From: an uncultured virus (IMG/VR IMGVR_UViG_3300037067_013349)
Taxonomy: Duplodnaviria > Heunggongvirae > Uroviricota > Caudoviricetes
Reading direction: 5' to 3' (one strand)
Virus record (IMG/VR): IMGVR_UViG_3300037067_013349
Length of the DNA: 43,790 nucleotides
The position numbers and the translations under genes are program-made. Under the pieces are notes generated by a model. The model searched no databases. It was not told the origin of the DNA and saw only the letters and a program-made list of their open reading frames with translations. Of this stretch, positions 28,563 through 37,916 are shown one piece after another. Position 1 is the stretch's first letter. Every line of letters begins with the position of its first letter.

Positions 28563-28745
28563 ATGGTTAAATTCACATACATATGTGGGTTTGTCGTTTG
28601 TGTTAATCTCATTATATGGATCGTTATCAGATGTACGGGCAGAAAACCTCCTATTAGCAGAATTTTTCCACCAACTGTAGCAGCTATTACAGCAGCTAGT
28701 GTCGGTTATTGGGGAATTCATATCGTCAACTATTTCTTTCCATAA
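28563..28745 (+). CDS. Small membrane protein
   Basis: Two hydrophobic stretches. Confidence 0.4.
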   Translation: MVKFTYICGFVVCVNLIIWIVIRCTGRKPPISRIFPPTVAAITAASVGYWGIHIVNYFFP

Positions 28746-28763
28746 CATCAGAAGGATACTGCA

Positions 28764-29243
28764 ATGCTTAGCGAGACCGCCCTAGCCAGAGAAATTGATT
28801 TGCTTCTTGGAATATATCTGAATAAGGCCGGAAGAGTTAATGCACAATTCACGCGGAAATTCAACAAGTCGCCGACAGAAGTGCAAGATGGTGTCTTAGC
28901 CAAAATCAAAGCGTGTAATATGAAGCCATACAATCCAGTTGTTCGCAAGCAGGCAACTAAAGTCGTCATGAAGACTAGGGCGGCACCAACAATCAAGATG
29001 TACATGGACGTTTTAGAGGATGTCCGCCGAGAACGCGCAGCAATCGCCGACAGATTAGAAACGCTCAACATTGTTGAATCTTATTACACAAACAAGATAG
29101 ATGAGCGCAGAAGGGAAAGGGCAATAGCCACAACTCAGCCAGAAGACGAGGCAGCGAATGACGAAAGCGAAGAGCAAAGAACGGAGTACGACCAAGAAAC
29201 TGAGTCCGTGCAAGATTGCGAAGCAGATCGGCCTACCAACTAA
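28764..29243 (+). CDS. Hypothetical protein
   Basis: AAGGA upstream; helical with an acidic tail. Confidence 0.6.
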   Translation: MLSETALAREIDLLLGIYLNKAGRVNAQFTRKFNKSPTEVQDGVLAKIKACNMKPYNPVVRKQATKVVMKTRAAPTIKMYMDVLEDVRRERAAIADRLETLNIVESYYTNKIDERRRERAIATTQPEDEAANDESEEQRTEYDQETESVQDCEADRPTN

Positions 29244-29784
29244 AGAATGGATTGGCAACTGCCACTACGTTGCCAATCAACTGCTCAAGCACGGTATCAT
29301 CAAAGGCGAACTTCGTTATGGTCATTGGCATGGAGAAATTAGCGATCAATCGCGATTTGGTGGTCGGCGATTTACACATCACGGATGGATAGAGCTTTCA
29401 GACGGCAATATATGCGATCCGACTCGTTGGGTGTTTGAACATGCAAAGCCATATATCTACGTCGGCCCCAATAATGGAGAGTACGATTTTGGCGGTAATA
29501 AGCTCAGAAAGATGCTGATGCGTCCCTGCCCTCCTTTTGATTCATCTGTCAGCAAAGACAAAATCTATGATTACAGTCACTTGTCAGAAGGAGCAAAAAG
29601 CATCGTTTCGATGCTGACGCTATCAGTCGGCTTAATATCTATAAATCAATTGTTCTGGTTAGCCAATTGTCCGCTAGACTTCTTTGACGAGTGGGCTAAA
29701 GAGATTTATCAATGGATTATAGACATTAAGTTCGGTAGTTTTATACCATTCGATAATCGTCAATTCGTTATGTCACATGGCTGA
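29158..29784 (+). CDS. Hypothetical protein, possible Cys-His-Asp catalytic triad
   Basis: GNCH..HHGWIE..ICDPTRW. Confidence 0.65.
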   Translation: MTKAKSKERSTTKKLSPCKIAKQIGLPTKEWIGNCHYVANQLLKHGIIKGELRYGHWHGEISDQSRFGGRRFTHHGWIELSDGNICDPTRWVFEHAKPYIYVGPNNGEYDFGGNKLRKMLMRPCPPFDSSVSKDKIYDYSHLSEGAKSIVSMLTLSVGLISINQLFWLANCPLDFFDEWAKEIYQWIIDIKFGSFIPFDNRQFVMSHG

Positions 29785-30034
29785 ATGCATCCGATGCGGT
29801 TTCTGTTGCAAGCAGGCTATATGTCCATGGGGCATATGGGATGAAGTAAAGCACTGCTGTGTTTATTTAACCGAACAAACAGATGGCACATACTTATGCA
29901 ATCGACATGATGAAATAGTTGCGCGTTTAGAAGACTACGGCCATCCAGATGATCCGCCAGCCTTCGGAGGTGGATGTAGCTCCACATTATGCAATATCGA
30001 TCGAAATAAATTATTAAAACATAAGGACTCATGA
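29777..30034 (+). CDS. Cys-rich protein (YkgJ-like CxxCxxCC)
   Basis: CIRCGFCC...C..L.....C. Confidence 0.7.
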   Translation: MAECIRCGFCCKQAICPWGIWDEVKHCCVYLTEQTDGTYLCNRHDEIVARLEDYGHPDDPPAFGGGCSSTLCNIDRNKLLKHKDS

Positions 30035-30279
30035 TGTATCCTAATCAAGCAGACAATGAAGCAATTTCTTTGATTGCTGAATTTCTAAAACACAGAAAGG
30101 AAGATAAAGGGCCACATGCAGTCTCAAACGACATAGCGGCAGCACAGGTCTGTGCTACTCTTTCTGTTGGTTATGAAATCAGTCAGCTGGCAAAAGAAGC
30201 CAAGGAAATTTCTCTCGCAATAGTTGCTCACGCTAAAGCCGTCGATAGGCTAGCCGATTCGATACATAGACACCTTTAA
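30031..30279 (+). CDS. Hypothetical protein
   Basis: Coupled ORF with AAGGA upstream. Confidence 0.6.
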   Translation: MMYPNQADNEAISLIAEFLKHRKEDKGPHAVSNDIAAAQVCATLSVGYEISQLAKEAKEISLAIVAHAKAVDRLADSIHRHL

Positions 30280-30601
30280 GATTGTGAACTGACCTGCCAA
30301 GTATTCAAAGATGGCGGGCAGCGGCGAAGACAATCGGCTACGCATTCTCTATCAGGAGGAGTCGGACAGTCTTGAGTATGCAATCTGAAATCTTGGCTTT
30401 TACAATTCCATGGGGATGAGTTTTTATTCTCGCATCGCCTTTCCAATCGCACTTGCTCATTGACCGCTTGATTCCAAGCTGATTGGATAAGGGCAATAAC
30501 TTCATCTGAAGTATAAGTTGTCCCTGAAACCACGTATCCTTTTATAAATTGATCGTATGTCACAGTTTTACCCTCCTTTTTTAATTTTCAATAGGAATGT
30601 C

Positions 30602-30880
30602 ATGAAATTGCTTTATACTCTAGCTCTGGTAGTTATGTTGTTCACTTCTTGCAGCCGCCCCCAGATAGAAAAGGAGGAGGCAGAATGGTTGCAAATAAAC
30701 ATAGTAGATCAGGCTGGCCCCTTAAAATGCAATGGGCATCAGTATCTTATGCTACGATGGACAGTAATGCGAAAAGATGCACCTAGTTTATCACAATCTC
30801 AATTAATCCATGACCCCGATTGTCCTTGCCGCCAAAGACAAAAACAGAATGACACCACAACAACAAAGAATAATTTATGA
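30602..30880 (+). CDS. Putative lipoprotein
   Basis: MKLLYTLALVVMLFTSC lipobox-like; IHDPDCPC motif. Confidence 0.6.
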   Translation: MKLLYTLALVVMLFTSCSRPQIEKEEAEWLQINIVDQAGPLKCNGHQYLMLRWTVMRKDAPSLSQSQLIHDPDCPCRQRQKQNDTTTTKNNL

Positions 30881-31178
30881 TTGGGCTCTCGTCCACGAAT
30901 ATGCCAAACAAAAAATATCCGCTGAAATGATGGTAGAAGTCCAGAAAATGGACAGCGCTCTGGGGCAATTTATCAACGATCCTGGTATGCCAGAAGAAGT
31001 TCAGCGATTTGCAAGAGTAGTAGCGGACCCAGGATGTAATATGTGCTGGGTTTCGAGTAAGATCGGTTGTAATCATCTAGAGTGCAATCTGAAAATCAAA
31101 GAGTGGTTTGACGCAAGAGAAGCACTGATAACTTTCGGTCTTAAACTAGACCGCACCGCATTAACTTCTGTGCGTTAG
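30849..31178 (+). CDS. Hypothetical protein
   Basis: ORF overlapping the previous stop (start MTPQQQR). Confidence 0.5.
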   Translation: MTPQQQRIIYDWALVHEYAKQKISAEMMVEVQKMDSALGQFINDPGMPEEVQRFARVVADPGCNMCWVSSKIGCNHLECNLKIKEWFDAREALITFGLKLDRTALTSVR

Positions 31179-31205
31179 AGATGTATTTGAAGAATCGGAA
31201 TAATA

Positions 31206-31445
31206 ATGATCCACGTAATTGGTAAGACGGGTTCAGAAGTGATGATAAGCTATAATACGACAAAGGCAGAAGTGCATGCAGCTGTCAACAATGAAGAGAT
31301 GATGAAATTCATCGTCGATAACAGACCGATTGTGGTCTATCAGTTTTGGATCGACACCGGGAAAGATGGTGCGCCTGATATGTATAAAATGCTATATAGC
31401 AAAGCTATTCCCGCACCTGAAAATTTCATTCCGTCAGATATTTAG
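31206..31445 (+). CDS. Hypothetical protein
   Basis: 79-aa ORF. Confidence 0.5.
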   Translation: MIHVIGKTGSEVMISYNTTKAEVHAAVNNEEMMKFIVDNRPIVVYQFWIDTGKDGAPDMYKMLYSKAIPAPENFIPSDI

Positions 31446-32206
31446 CGCTTTTCGCCCGATTCTTCCACATCAGAATCATTCTTTTCGTGCTCTTTGACTT
31501 CCTCATCGATCAACTCTAGTAGGTAGTCTTCCAGAGCCGCCCAGCATTCTTTTTCATCGGGCTCTTCTTCTATCTTGCTATTTGAATCGGGCGAACCCCA
31601 TATATCTTCATGCTTAATTAAATGGTAATTCCCCTGATCGTGGTTGGGAATAAAACAGAAATATGGGTTTGAGTTATGGCCAAACGCATAACCGTCCCAT
31701 AGTTGACAGCGGAAATAAATTGATGGTTGCTCCCAGTCTCCGCCACCTTTTCTCATTTGACAGTGAAAAACGCACTTCTCAGGAAGAGTCAAACGCTGTG
31801 GAAGTGATATGACTCGATCAGATATATCATTATCGTTTTCCAAATCAAAGCAAACACCAAATTCTTCTGTAGCTTCTTTGAACTTATCTTGCCACATCGG
31901 CTTCGCAATGGCGTCGTAACCAAAGAAATCATCTTCTTCTGTTAATAGCATCTCAACAGCTTGATCGAGTTCGTCCAGTTGAGTAGGAATCCAGCCATAT
32001 TCAGATTCTGTAAATAAATAATTGCTGTTATTAGCTAGCATCTCTTCGAACATATCTTCAGTAATAACTATCCGGTATGAAGCGCAATATCTATGAAATT
32101 CCTCGAATTTGATTATACCAACTGATGCAACATAATTGTTTAAAAGCTGCTGCGGCTGCAAACAAATCTCTTCGCATATCATACTAGCTACACTCAAGAT
32201 ACTCAT
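31442..32206 (-). CDS. Acidic hypothetical protein
   Basis: GGAGG upstream; 254 aa. Confidence 0.75.
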   Translation of the reverse strand: MSILSVASMICEEICLQPQQLLNNYVASVGIIKFEEFHRYCASYRIVITEDMFEEMLANNSNYLFTESEYGWIPTQLDELDQAVEMLLTEEDDFFGYDAIAKPMWQDKFKEATEEFGVCFDLENDNDISDRVISLPQRLTLPEKCVFHCQMRKGGGDWEQPSIYFRCQLWDGYAFGHNSNPYFCFIPNHDQGNYHLIKHEDIWGSPDSNSKIEEEPDEKECWAALEDYLLELIDEEVKEHEKNDSDVEESGEKR

Positions 32207-32356
32207 TCGAGCCTCCTGGACCTTGCTATATATTTGCCCTATGGAAGATCGTAAATAAGACCATGTAAAGATATAAAGGATTCAAATGAGCGGCTGTACA
32301 AAATATATTATGCACAATTCGTACCTTTGGAAGAATTAAAAGGATGTCGAGTCAGA

Positions 32357-35300
32357 ATGGCAGTCACTAATCCTCATATTCCTGTCTTCTTGTTGTTGCC
32401 GGTCAATAACAATCGAACCGCCTATCGCCCATTTAGTTTACCGATAGTTCTGATGGAGACGGATCGTCGGGATTTATCTGGCGCGTCTATTCGCAATTCT
32501 GGCATCATTGTTCAGAATTGCGAGTGCGGCGGCGATATCGAATGTGAGTGTATGGGTGTAAAGACGACTACTTGCAATGAATATTGTAACGGGGCAGCTA
32601 TAAGAATCGTTATCGAAGACGTCCCGCATAAAGCACTGGTGGCAGGACAAATCCCAATTGGGTTAATGTCCCCAGACAGTGAGATATATGCTAAAAATAT
32701 CTCACTGTCTGAGATGATAGACCGAATGATACACCCAGAACTACAGACATTTTTTAGAGTAACTGGGATCGATAGCGACGGAAAGCAGATACTAACTCAG
32801 ATCGAATATGCAGAAGCAGTCGGTGGTGATCTGATGCAGTATACGACTGCATCGGGTTCCGTTGGCAATTTGGCATATTATCCCACAGCCAATTATTATG
32901 ATCTTAGTGACATAGCTATTGAAACTGAACATTTGCCGCCCGATTGGTATAATCTGACATATCAAGCAGAGTATTACGCCAGAGTAGAGAGTAAATCGAC
33001 ACCAGGGCAATTAAACTGCATAGATCCAACCAGGAAAGCGACCTCAATATATCGGTTTAGATTAAATCACCCTGGCCAAGTCATGCAGGAGACAGTAAAT
33101 CTCACTCCTGCACCGTACATGACCAATGACCAAAAAAGCGTCGACACAACAATAGAGTTTTATCGGCCTTTTACAGATGCTCTGCAAGATATATTCGATG
33201 AGCAATATCTTCTGGGTAGTGTGAACTGGGTAGATTTCATTACACCGCAGTTTGTCCCATATCTTTCGTTCTTACTCGGATTAGACTTGCCTTATTTCCC
33301 GCAGAGCTTGTATAGCCTTCGAAAGACTATGCTACGTAATGTTGTGAGGCTGCAGCAACTAAAAGGCTCACGTAATGCCATCTATGATTTGTTTGAATTA
33401 TTCGGATACATCATTTACATCAATAAGCTTTATTGGTCTAGCGATGGCAAACGACTGATTCGCCCTGGAGAGAAATTGCCGCCAGCTTACGCTGATCAAG
33501 AAATACAGATAGAAGAAGTCTGCCAAATTGAGCCAGTTCTCGCTGGATATAATAAGAGCGGATTCGGCGAGTTAATTGTCCCATTGTTATACCGGCCAAC
33601 TTATACAGAAGAGCTACAAGGTATAGTAAATGTTGTTGAGGGCGGCGATGTCACCATTAATGCATATCTGATACGAAAGAATGCATATGGTAGTGGCACA
33701 GTCTCTACCACTAAAACCACTGAACTTGTTGGCATAAATACGACATTTCTTACTGATTTCTCCATTGGTGACGCAATTACCGTATCTGGAGAAACAGCTA
33801 AAATAATCGACACTATCACTGACGACACCCATTTAACAGTAACGACTGCATTTCAAAATACTACAACAAATACGTCCTACACATATATTAGTAGAACTTA
33901 TAAAAAGCTAGAGGAAATATCTGTTGCCAGCCAAGAATGTGAGATGCCAGTTATTCCGACTGATGGTTTAGATAGCTGGTCTCAAGTTGTAATCGATAAA
34001 TCGGCTAGTTATGCTAATCCTGATGAAGATGTGTCGACAGGTGATCAGCCGCCATTCATTCATACAGGCGTCAGGATTGATAGAAAAGCCAATCTATTAT
34101 ACCTAACTTTTAACGGCGCAATTCAATTTGATGATAAATATGGATTACAAGGTGTAAATGCTCCAAATAGCGAAATGCTGCTTTATGCATTTGCTATTTA
34201 CAGCCATGAAGAACTTGTTGTTCCAGATCAAATTAAGAATTATTATAGTAACCGATTCGACATACAGCTATTAACAAAAGATGGCGAGCAAATCGGTGGC
34301 GATGTTTTAGAGTTCTTAATTGATTATCTGTTTAAGATTAAAGCATTTCACTCTTTGCTTCATACTCTTATCTATCATGCCAATCTCAATGAGACTTATC
34401 AGGTTACTCCTTTCTGTGTCGGAGGAGACCTTGAACAACGATATGACATAGACGCCGGTAGATTACAGGTGCCTCCTGCCATTCTTCCGCAGATACCCGT
34501 TGGAGAATGCTCGGTCGATCCAAGTGATTTGGGATATAAACCGGAAGACATAGCATTACGCAACAAGATATTAACCAATCTACCAGAAGAATTCCAAGCA
34601 TGGGTCAATGTAGATTGGTATATGAAAGTCAAACCGGCGATAGGAGCCACTGGGCCAGTTTATATTGAACGCGATGTAACACAAATTGGTGATGAACGAT
34701 TAGCCCCCACTCCTGCTAAAGACAATACAGATTGTAAATTCACATATCGAGGGCAAGATAGACTCATCCCAGGTGATGCAGAAGAGATAGATGGTATTAT
34801 TTATGATCCAACACCATTTGCGAATGATCAGAGTATTGCCAGCCAATCGAATATGCGCTTGTCTCCTATTACAGATGGCGTCCATGGCGTTTTCTATCCG
34901 ACCGGAGCTGAGGCTACCACAAACAGTGATAGAGCAGAGTATGGACCTTATGAAATAGATCTGTCTATTAATCCTGATACATTCTGTGAGTTGGATGGCG
35001 TATCAGACTATTGTTACAAAGGTCGTGTTGAAGATGAAATATTGCACAAGATGACTTTAGTGAGTACTGAGCAGTACCAGGCGTCATTATGTCAGTTGAG
35101 CTTCGGCCATGGCATTTATTACGCCTTTCCAGCGACATCTGAGCTAACCAACTCAATCCAGGGACCAGCACTAAAACAACCATACAACACAAATCTACCA
35201 TCTGATAACAACAGCTTCTTGGGCCGTCTGCTCAGAGCATTCGACACCGTTCAGGGCGAAAACATCCATTACACAGATCGACCATATCTCACAGATGGTG

Positions 35301-36577
35301 TGTCGGGCGAACAAAATCTGCTAGCTCTGCAACGGCCAGGCTTAAACATCCAGCTACCATTAATGCACTTTCCAGGGACACGATTTGCCACTATCAACAA
35401 GCTAGAATCAGATTTCACACATTCTAAGTGGGCCGCTAAACCATGGGATGATAAATATAGCACAAGTTGCGGGCCTTATAATCAATCTTGTAAAAAACCA
35501 ACATATCTCAATGCCAGATTAGTAGAGGGCACAGACGGTGACACCCATCTGGTGTTCGATGATGTTCCGTTTACAATTACTGCCAATAGTCTACATCCAG
35601 ACATACCGAACTTTGGATCTCATTTAATCGACACACAAAGTATATTCCATTCTGATGATGTAGTGCATGCTATCTATAGCACACAACCGGTTGGAAACCC
35701 AGCTGTATCGTTGGACAATATGTATCCTCCATCAAGAACATACACAACAGGCAAGGCTAATTATACGGTAGGCGGTGTCGAATGGATGTTCGGATATGTC
35801 TTTGATAGCACCCCGACAATAACCATTGGTCTAGAATTGAAAAACTTAGCAGACAACATTTATACGTTATCTGCTAAAATTATAAGCGTTTCTGCCACTG
35901 CTGTGGTTATTAAGGTCTACAAAGCAGTCTTAGATCCGCCAGCTGACATCGTTTTTAGTGAATGCGCAGATGACGATGTTGTAGTTCATATCATGGCATC
36001 AGTGGCTGATACCATTATTAATACTACTGACTCACCATTGTTTTCAACAGCCGCATTGTGCCACAGCACTGTACCATATTATATTGATTATATAGATGGT
36101 TATCCTGCATCATTTGGATACCAGACATATGAAGATGACGATTTTGACCGTGATGGGACCAGAACAGAATTATTCAACGAATTAGATATTGATAGGTCTA
36201 TTCCAACAGGAACAGAAGTATTATTTTATTTCATAAGCGGAATACAATACCGAAATGGATATCGCGTTGATTGTAACTGTGCAGCCTTGACCTGTGATGG
36301 CGGTACGTCACCAACGGTAGAAATCGATGTCTTACAATGTTCTATAGACAATTATAGGACAGATGCTCTGCCGTTTGAATTTTCTGATGGTATTGTCCGA
36401 TATGGCTATGATTATAACCCCGACCAGGTGATAACTGATATAGCCCTAGACGCACAAGAAGAAATTGGGGTTCATGATCTGGCTTTTGACGGTCAGATCA
36501 TATGGGACGACGAACAACAAGAATATCGTCAAATAAACATGCTCGAACTCTGTACTGGATTCCCAACTTGCATATAA
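32357..36577 (+). CDS. Large virion structural protein, baseplate wedge / P2 gpI-like domain
   Basis: FVPYLSFLLG...LRKTMLRNVVRLQQLKGSRNAIYDLFELFG and KIKAFHS segments typical of tail protein I; beta-rich GINTTFLTDFSIGD insert. Confidence 0.7.
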   Translation: MAVTNPHIPVFLLLPVNNNRTAYRPFSLPIVLMETDRRDLSGASIRNSGIIVQNCECGGDIECECMGVKTTTCNEYCNGAAIRIVIEDVPHKALVAGQIPIGLMSPDSEIYAKNISLSEMIDRMIHPELQTFFRVTGIDSDGKQILTQIEYAEAVGGDLMQYTTASGSVGNLAYYPTANYYDLSDIAIETEHLPPDWYNLTYQAEYYARVESKSTPGQLNCIDPTRKATSIYRFRLNHPGQVMQETVNLTPAPYMTNDQKSVDTTIEFYRPFTDALQDIFDEQYLLGSVNWVDFITPQFVPYLSFLLGLDLPYFPQSLYSLRKTMLRNVVRLQQLKGSRNAIYDLFELFGYIIYINKLYWSSDGKRLIRPGEKLPPAYADQEIQIEEVCQIEPVLAGYNKSGFGELIVPLLYRPTYTEELQGIVNVVEGGDVTINAYLIRKNAYGSGTVSTTKTTELVGINTTFLTDFSIGDAITVSGETAKIIDTITDDTHLTVTTAFQNTTTNTSYTYISRTYKKLEEISVASQECEMPVIPTDGLDSWSQVVIDKSASYANPDEDVSTGDQPPFIHTGVRIDRKANLLYLTFNGAIQFDDKYGLQGVNAPNSEMLLYAFAIYSHEELVVPDQIKNYYSNRFDIQLLTKDGEQIGGDVLEFLIDYLFKIKAFHSLLHTLIYHANLNETYQVTPFCVGGDLEQRYDIDAGRLQVPPAILPQIPVGECSVDPSDLGYKPEDIALRNKILTNLPEEFQAWVNVDWYMKVKPAIGATGPVYIERDVTQIGDERLAPTPAKDNTDCKFTYRGQDRLIPGDAEEIDGIIYDPTPFANDQSIASQSNMRLSPITDGVHGVFYPTGAEATTNSDRAEYGPYEIDLSINPDTFCELDGVSDYCYKGRVEDEILHKMTLVSTEQYQASLCQLSFGHGIYYAFPATSELTNSIQGPALKQPYNTNLPSDNNSFLGRLLRAFDTVQGENIHYTDRPYLTDGVSGEQNLLALQRPGLNIQLPLMHFPGTRFATINKLESDFTHSKWAAKPWDDKYSTSCGPYNQSCKKPTYLNARLVEGTDGDTHLVFDDVPFTITANSLHPDIPNFGSHLIDTQSIFHSDDVVHAIYSTQPVGNPAVSLDNMYPPSRTYTTGKANYTVGGVEWMFGYVFDSTPTITIGLELKNLADNIYTLSAKIISVSATAVVIKVYKAVLDPPADIVFSECADDDVVVHIMASVADTIINTTDSPLFSTAALCHSTVPYYIDYIDGYPASFGYQTYEDDDFDRDGTRTELFNELDIDRSIPTGTEVLFYFISGIQYRNGYRVDCNCAALTCDGGTSPTVEIDVLQCSIDNYRTDALPFEFSDGIVRYGYDYNPDQVITDIALDAQEEIGVHDLAFDGQIIWDDEQQEYRQINMLELCTGFPTCI

Positions 36578-36622
36578 TCAGGAATCCAGTACAAGCAAAT
36601 TTACAGTATTGGAGGACATCAA

Positions 36623-37099
36623 ATGGCAGCTGCAAATAGCGTAGTAGGTTTTCTTTCCGGTCTGGTTTCTTACACCAATGGCGATGTTGGCAGTTTCCAC
36701 TGCCAAATCGAGTCACCAGATCTCGTCAGCACTCTTGTGTGGAGTGTGGATGAAGATGACAGCAAAATTGTCACCGGCGAAATGTACAATGTAGATTGGT
36801 ACTATCCACTTGCCAATCTCATTGCTGGAATCGGGCTGTCAGACGATTTCTCCTGGACATCTGATATCCCTGCGAATCCTCGCACAATCAGCGATCTTGT
36901 CATCCACTTGAACATGATCTTCACATTGGATGACGGCACGCAGCAGCCAGTCTCAGCAACATACGAAAGAGGCACCAGGACTTATCATACTCCTGGAATG
37001 CCTCTTTCGACGTTACCGAGCAATATTAACACCTTGCTCACGGACCTCACTACGATGATAGATAAGGCCGTCACAGCTTGCTCATTCGAGCCTACCTAA
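36623..37099 (+). CDS. Hypothetical (probably structural) protein
   Basis: GGAGG upstream; follows the baseplate-like gene. Confidence 0.75.
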   Translation: MAAANSVVGFLSGLVSYTNGDVGSFHCQIESPDLVSTLVWSVDEDDSKIVTGEMYNVDWYYPLANLIAGIGLSDDFSWTSDIPANPRTISDLVIHLNMIFTLDDGTQQPVSATYERGTRTYHTPGMPLSTLPSNINTLLTDLTTMIDKAVTACSFEPT

Positions 37100-37482
37100 A
37101 CGCGGACTCGAATAATATTGACGTCGTGGCAGCCGCCCTTCAGCGCAATTTGGCCGTCTTGCACTTCGCAGACAGTGTTGACGAATTCCAGGACTTCTTT
37201 TTCAAAGTCCAAATCGGTATTCATTTTGCCGTTGCGGAGCGGAACGACGAAGTGTGGATGGCCCGGATGTAATGTTTGCAGTAAAGATGCAGTTACATCA
37301 CGCACTTCTGCAGGTGGTAAGTTACCAACTTCCACATACATAACTGTTCGAATTGGTACGCTCATATCATCTTTCTCAGTCGATCGGGCGAAAGCTTCCG
37401 GGGATATTTGAGGCACGTCGATTTTTGGTGCATCTTTAACCGCTGGCGGCACCGGGCAGCATTTACACTTACATTTGTCCAT
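37096..37482 (-). CDS. Hypothetical protein
   Basis: GGAG upstream; YVEVGNLPP motif. Confidence 0.7.
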   Translation of the reverse strand: MDKCKCKCCPVPPAVKDAPKIDVPQISPEAFARSTEKDDMSVPIRTVMYVEVGNLPPAEVRDVTASLLQTLHPGHPHFVVPLRNGKMNTDLDFEKEVLEFVNTVCEVQDGQIALKGGCHDVNIIRVRV

Positions 37483-37616
37483 GTTATTCTCCGTTTCGAG
37501 AGTGTATTTTAAAGCACAGGACTACAGTACAGGATAAAATACGTATTCAATATTAACAACGTAAGAGGTGTACCATCAAAACTGCATCACAATTTCCAGT
37601 AAGCTTAATAATCCCT

Positions 37617-37916
37617 GTGACTACAGCGGAGGAAGAGCAAATAGTCGAAAAGATTATATCTGATGCTCTGCCTTCTTACAGCTTTTTATCCAAAGCTTAC
37701 TATGAAAATCCAGTCGAAGCTCAACGAGCGCGTCTATTGATAAACGGAGAGGAGGTCAAAAGGGGTACCGTTGAGCAGATGAAAGAAGCTTTCACTTTAC
37801 AATCAAGCATCAACTCTAAAGCCAACATTATCGTTCAAGAGTGGCAAAAACAACCTTTATCTAACAAACCAGCTGGATTTGTGACCATTCATTCTAGGAT
37901 GGTCAGAATTCTTTAG
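37617..37916 (+). CDS. Hypothetical protein
   Basis: 99-aa ORF. Confidence 0.55.
   Translation: MTTAEEEQIVEKIISDALPSYSFLSKAYYENPVEAQRARLLINGEEVKRGTVEQMKEAFTLQSSINSKANIIVQEWQKQPLSNKPAGFVTIHSRMVRIL

Noticed and set aside
30276..30563. Minus-strand 95-aa ORF within a plus-strand run
   Set aside because: Fills a gap and may be real, but there is no motif or clear RBS to support a call
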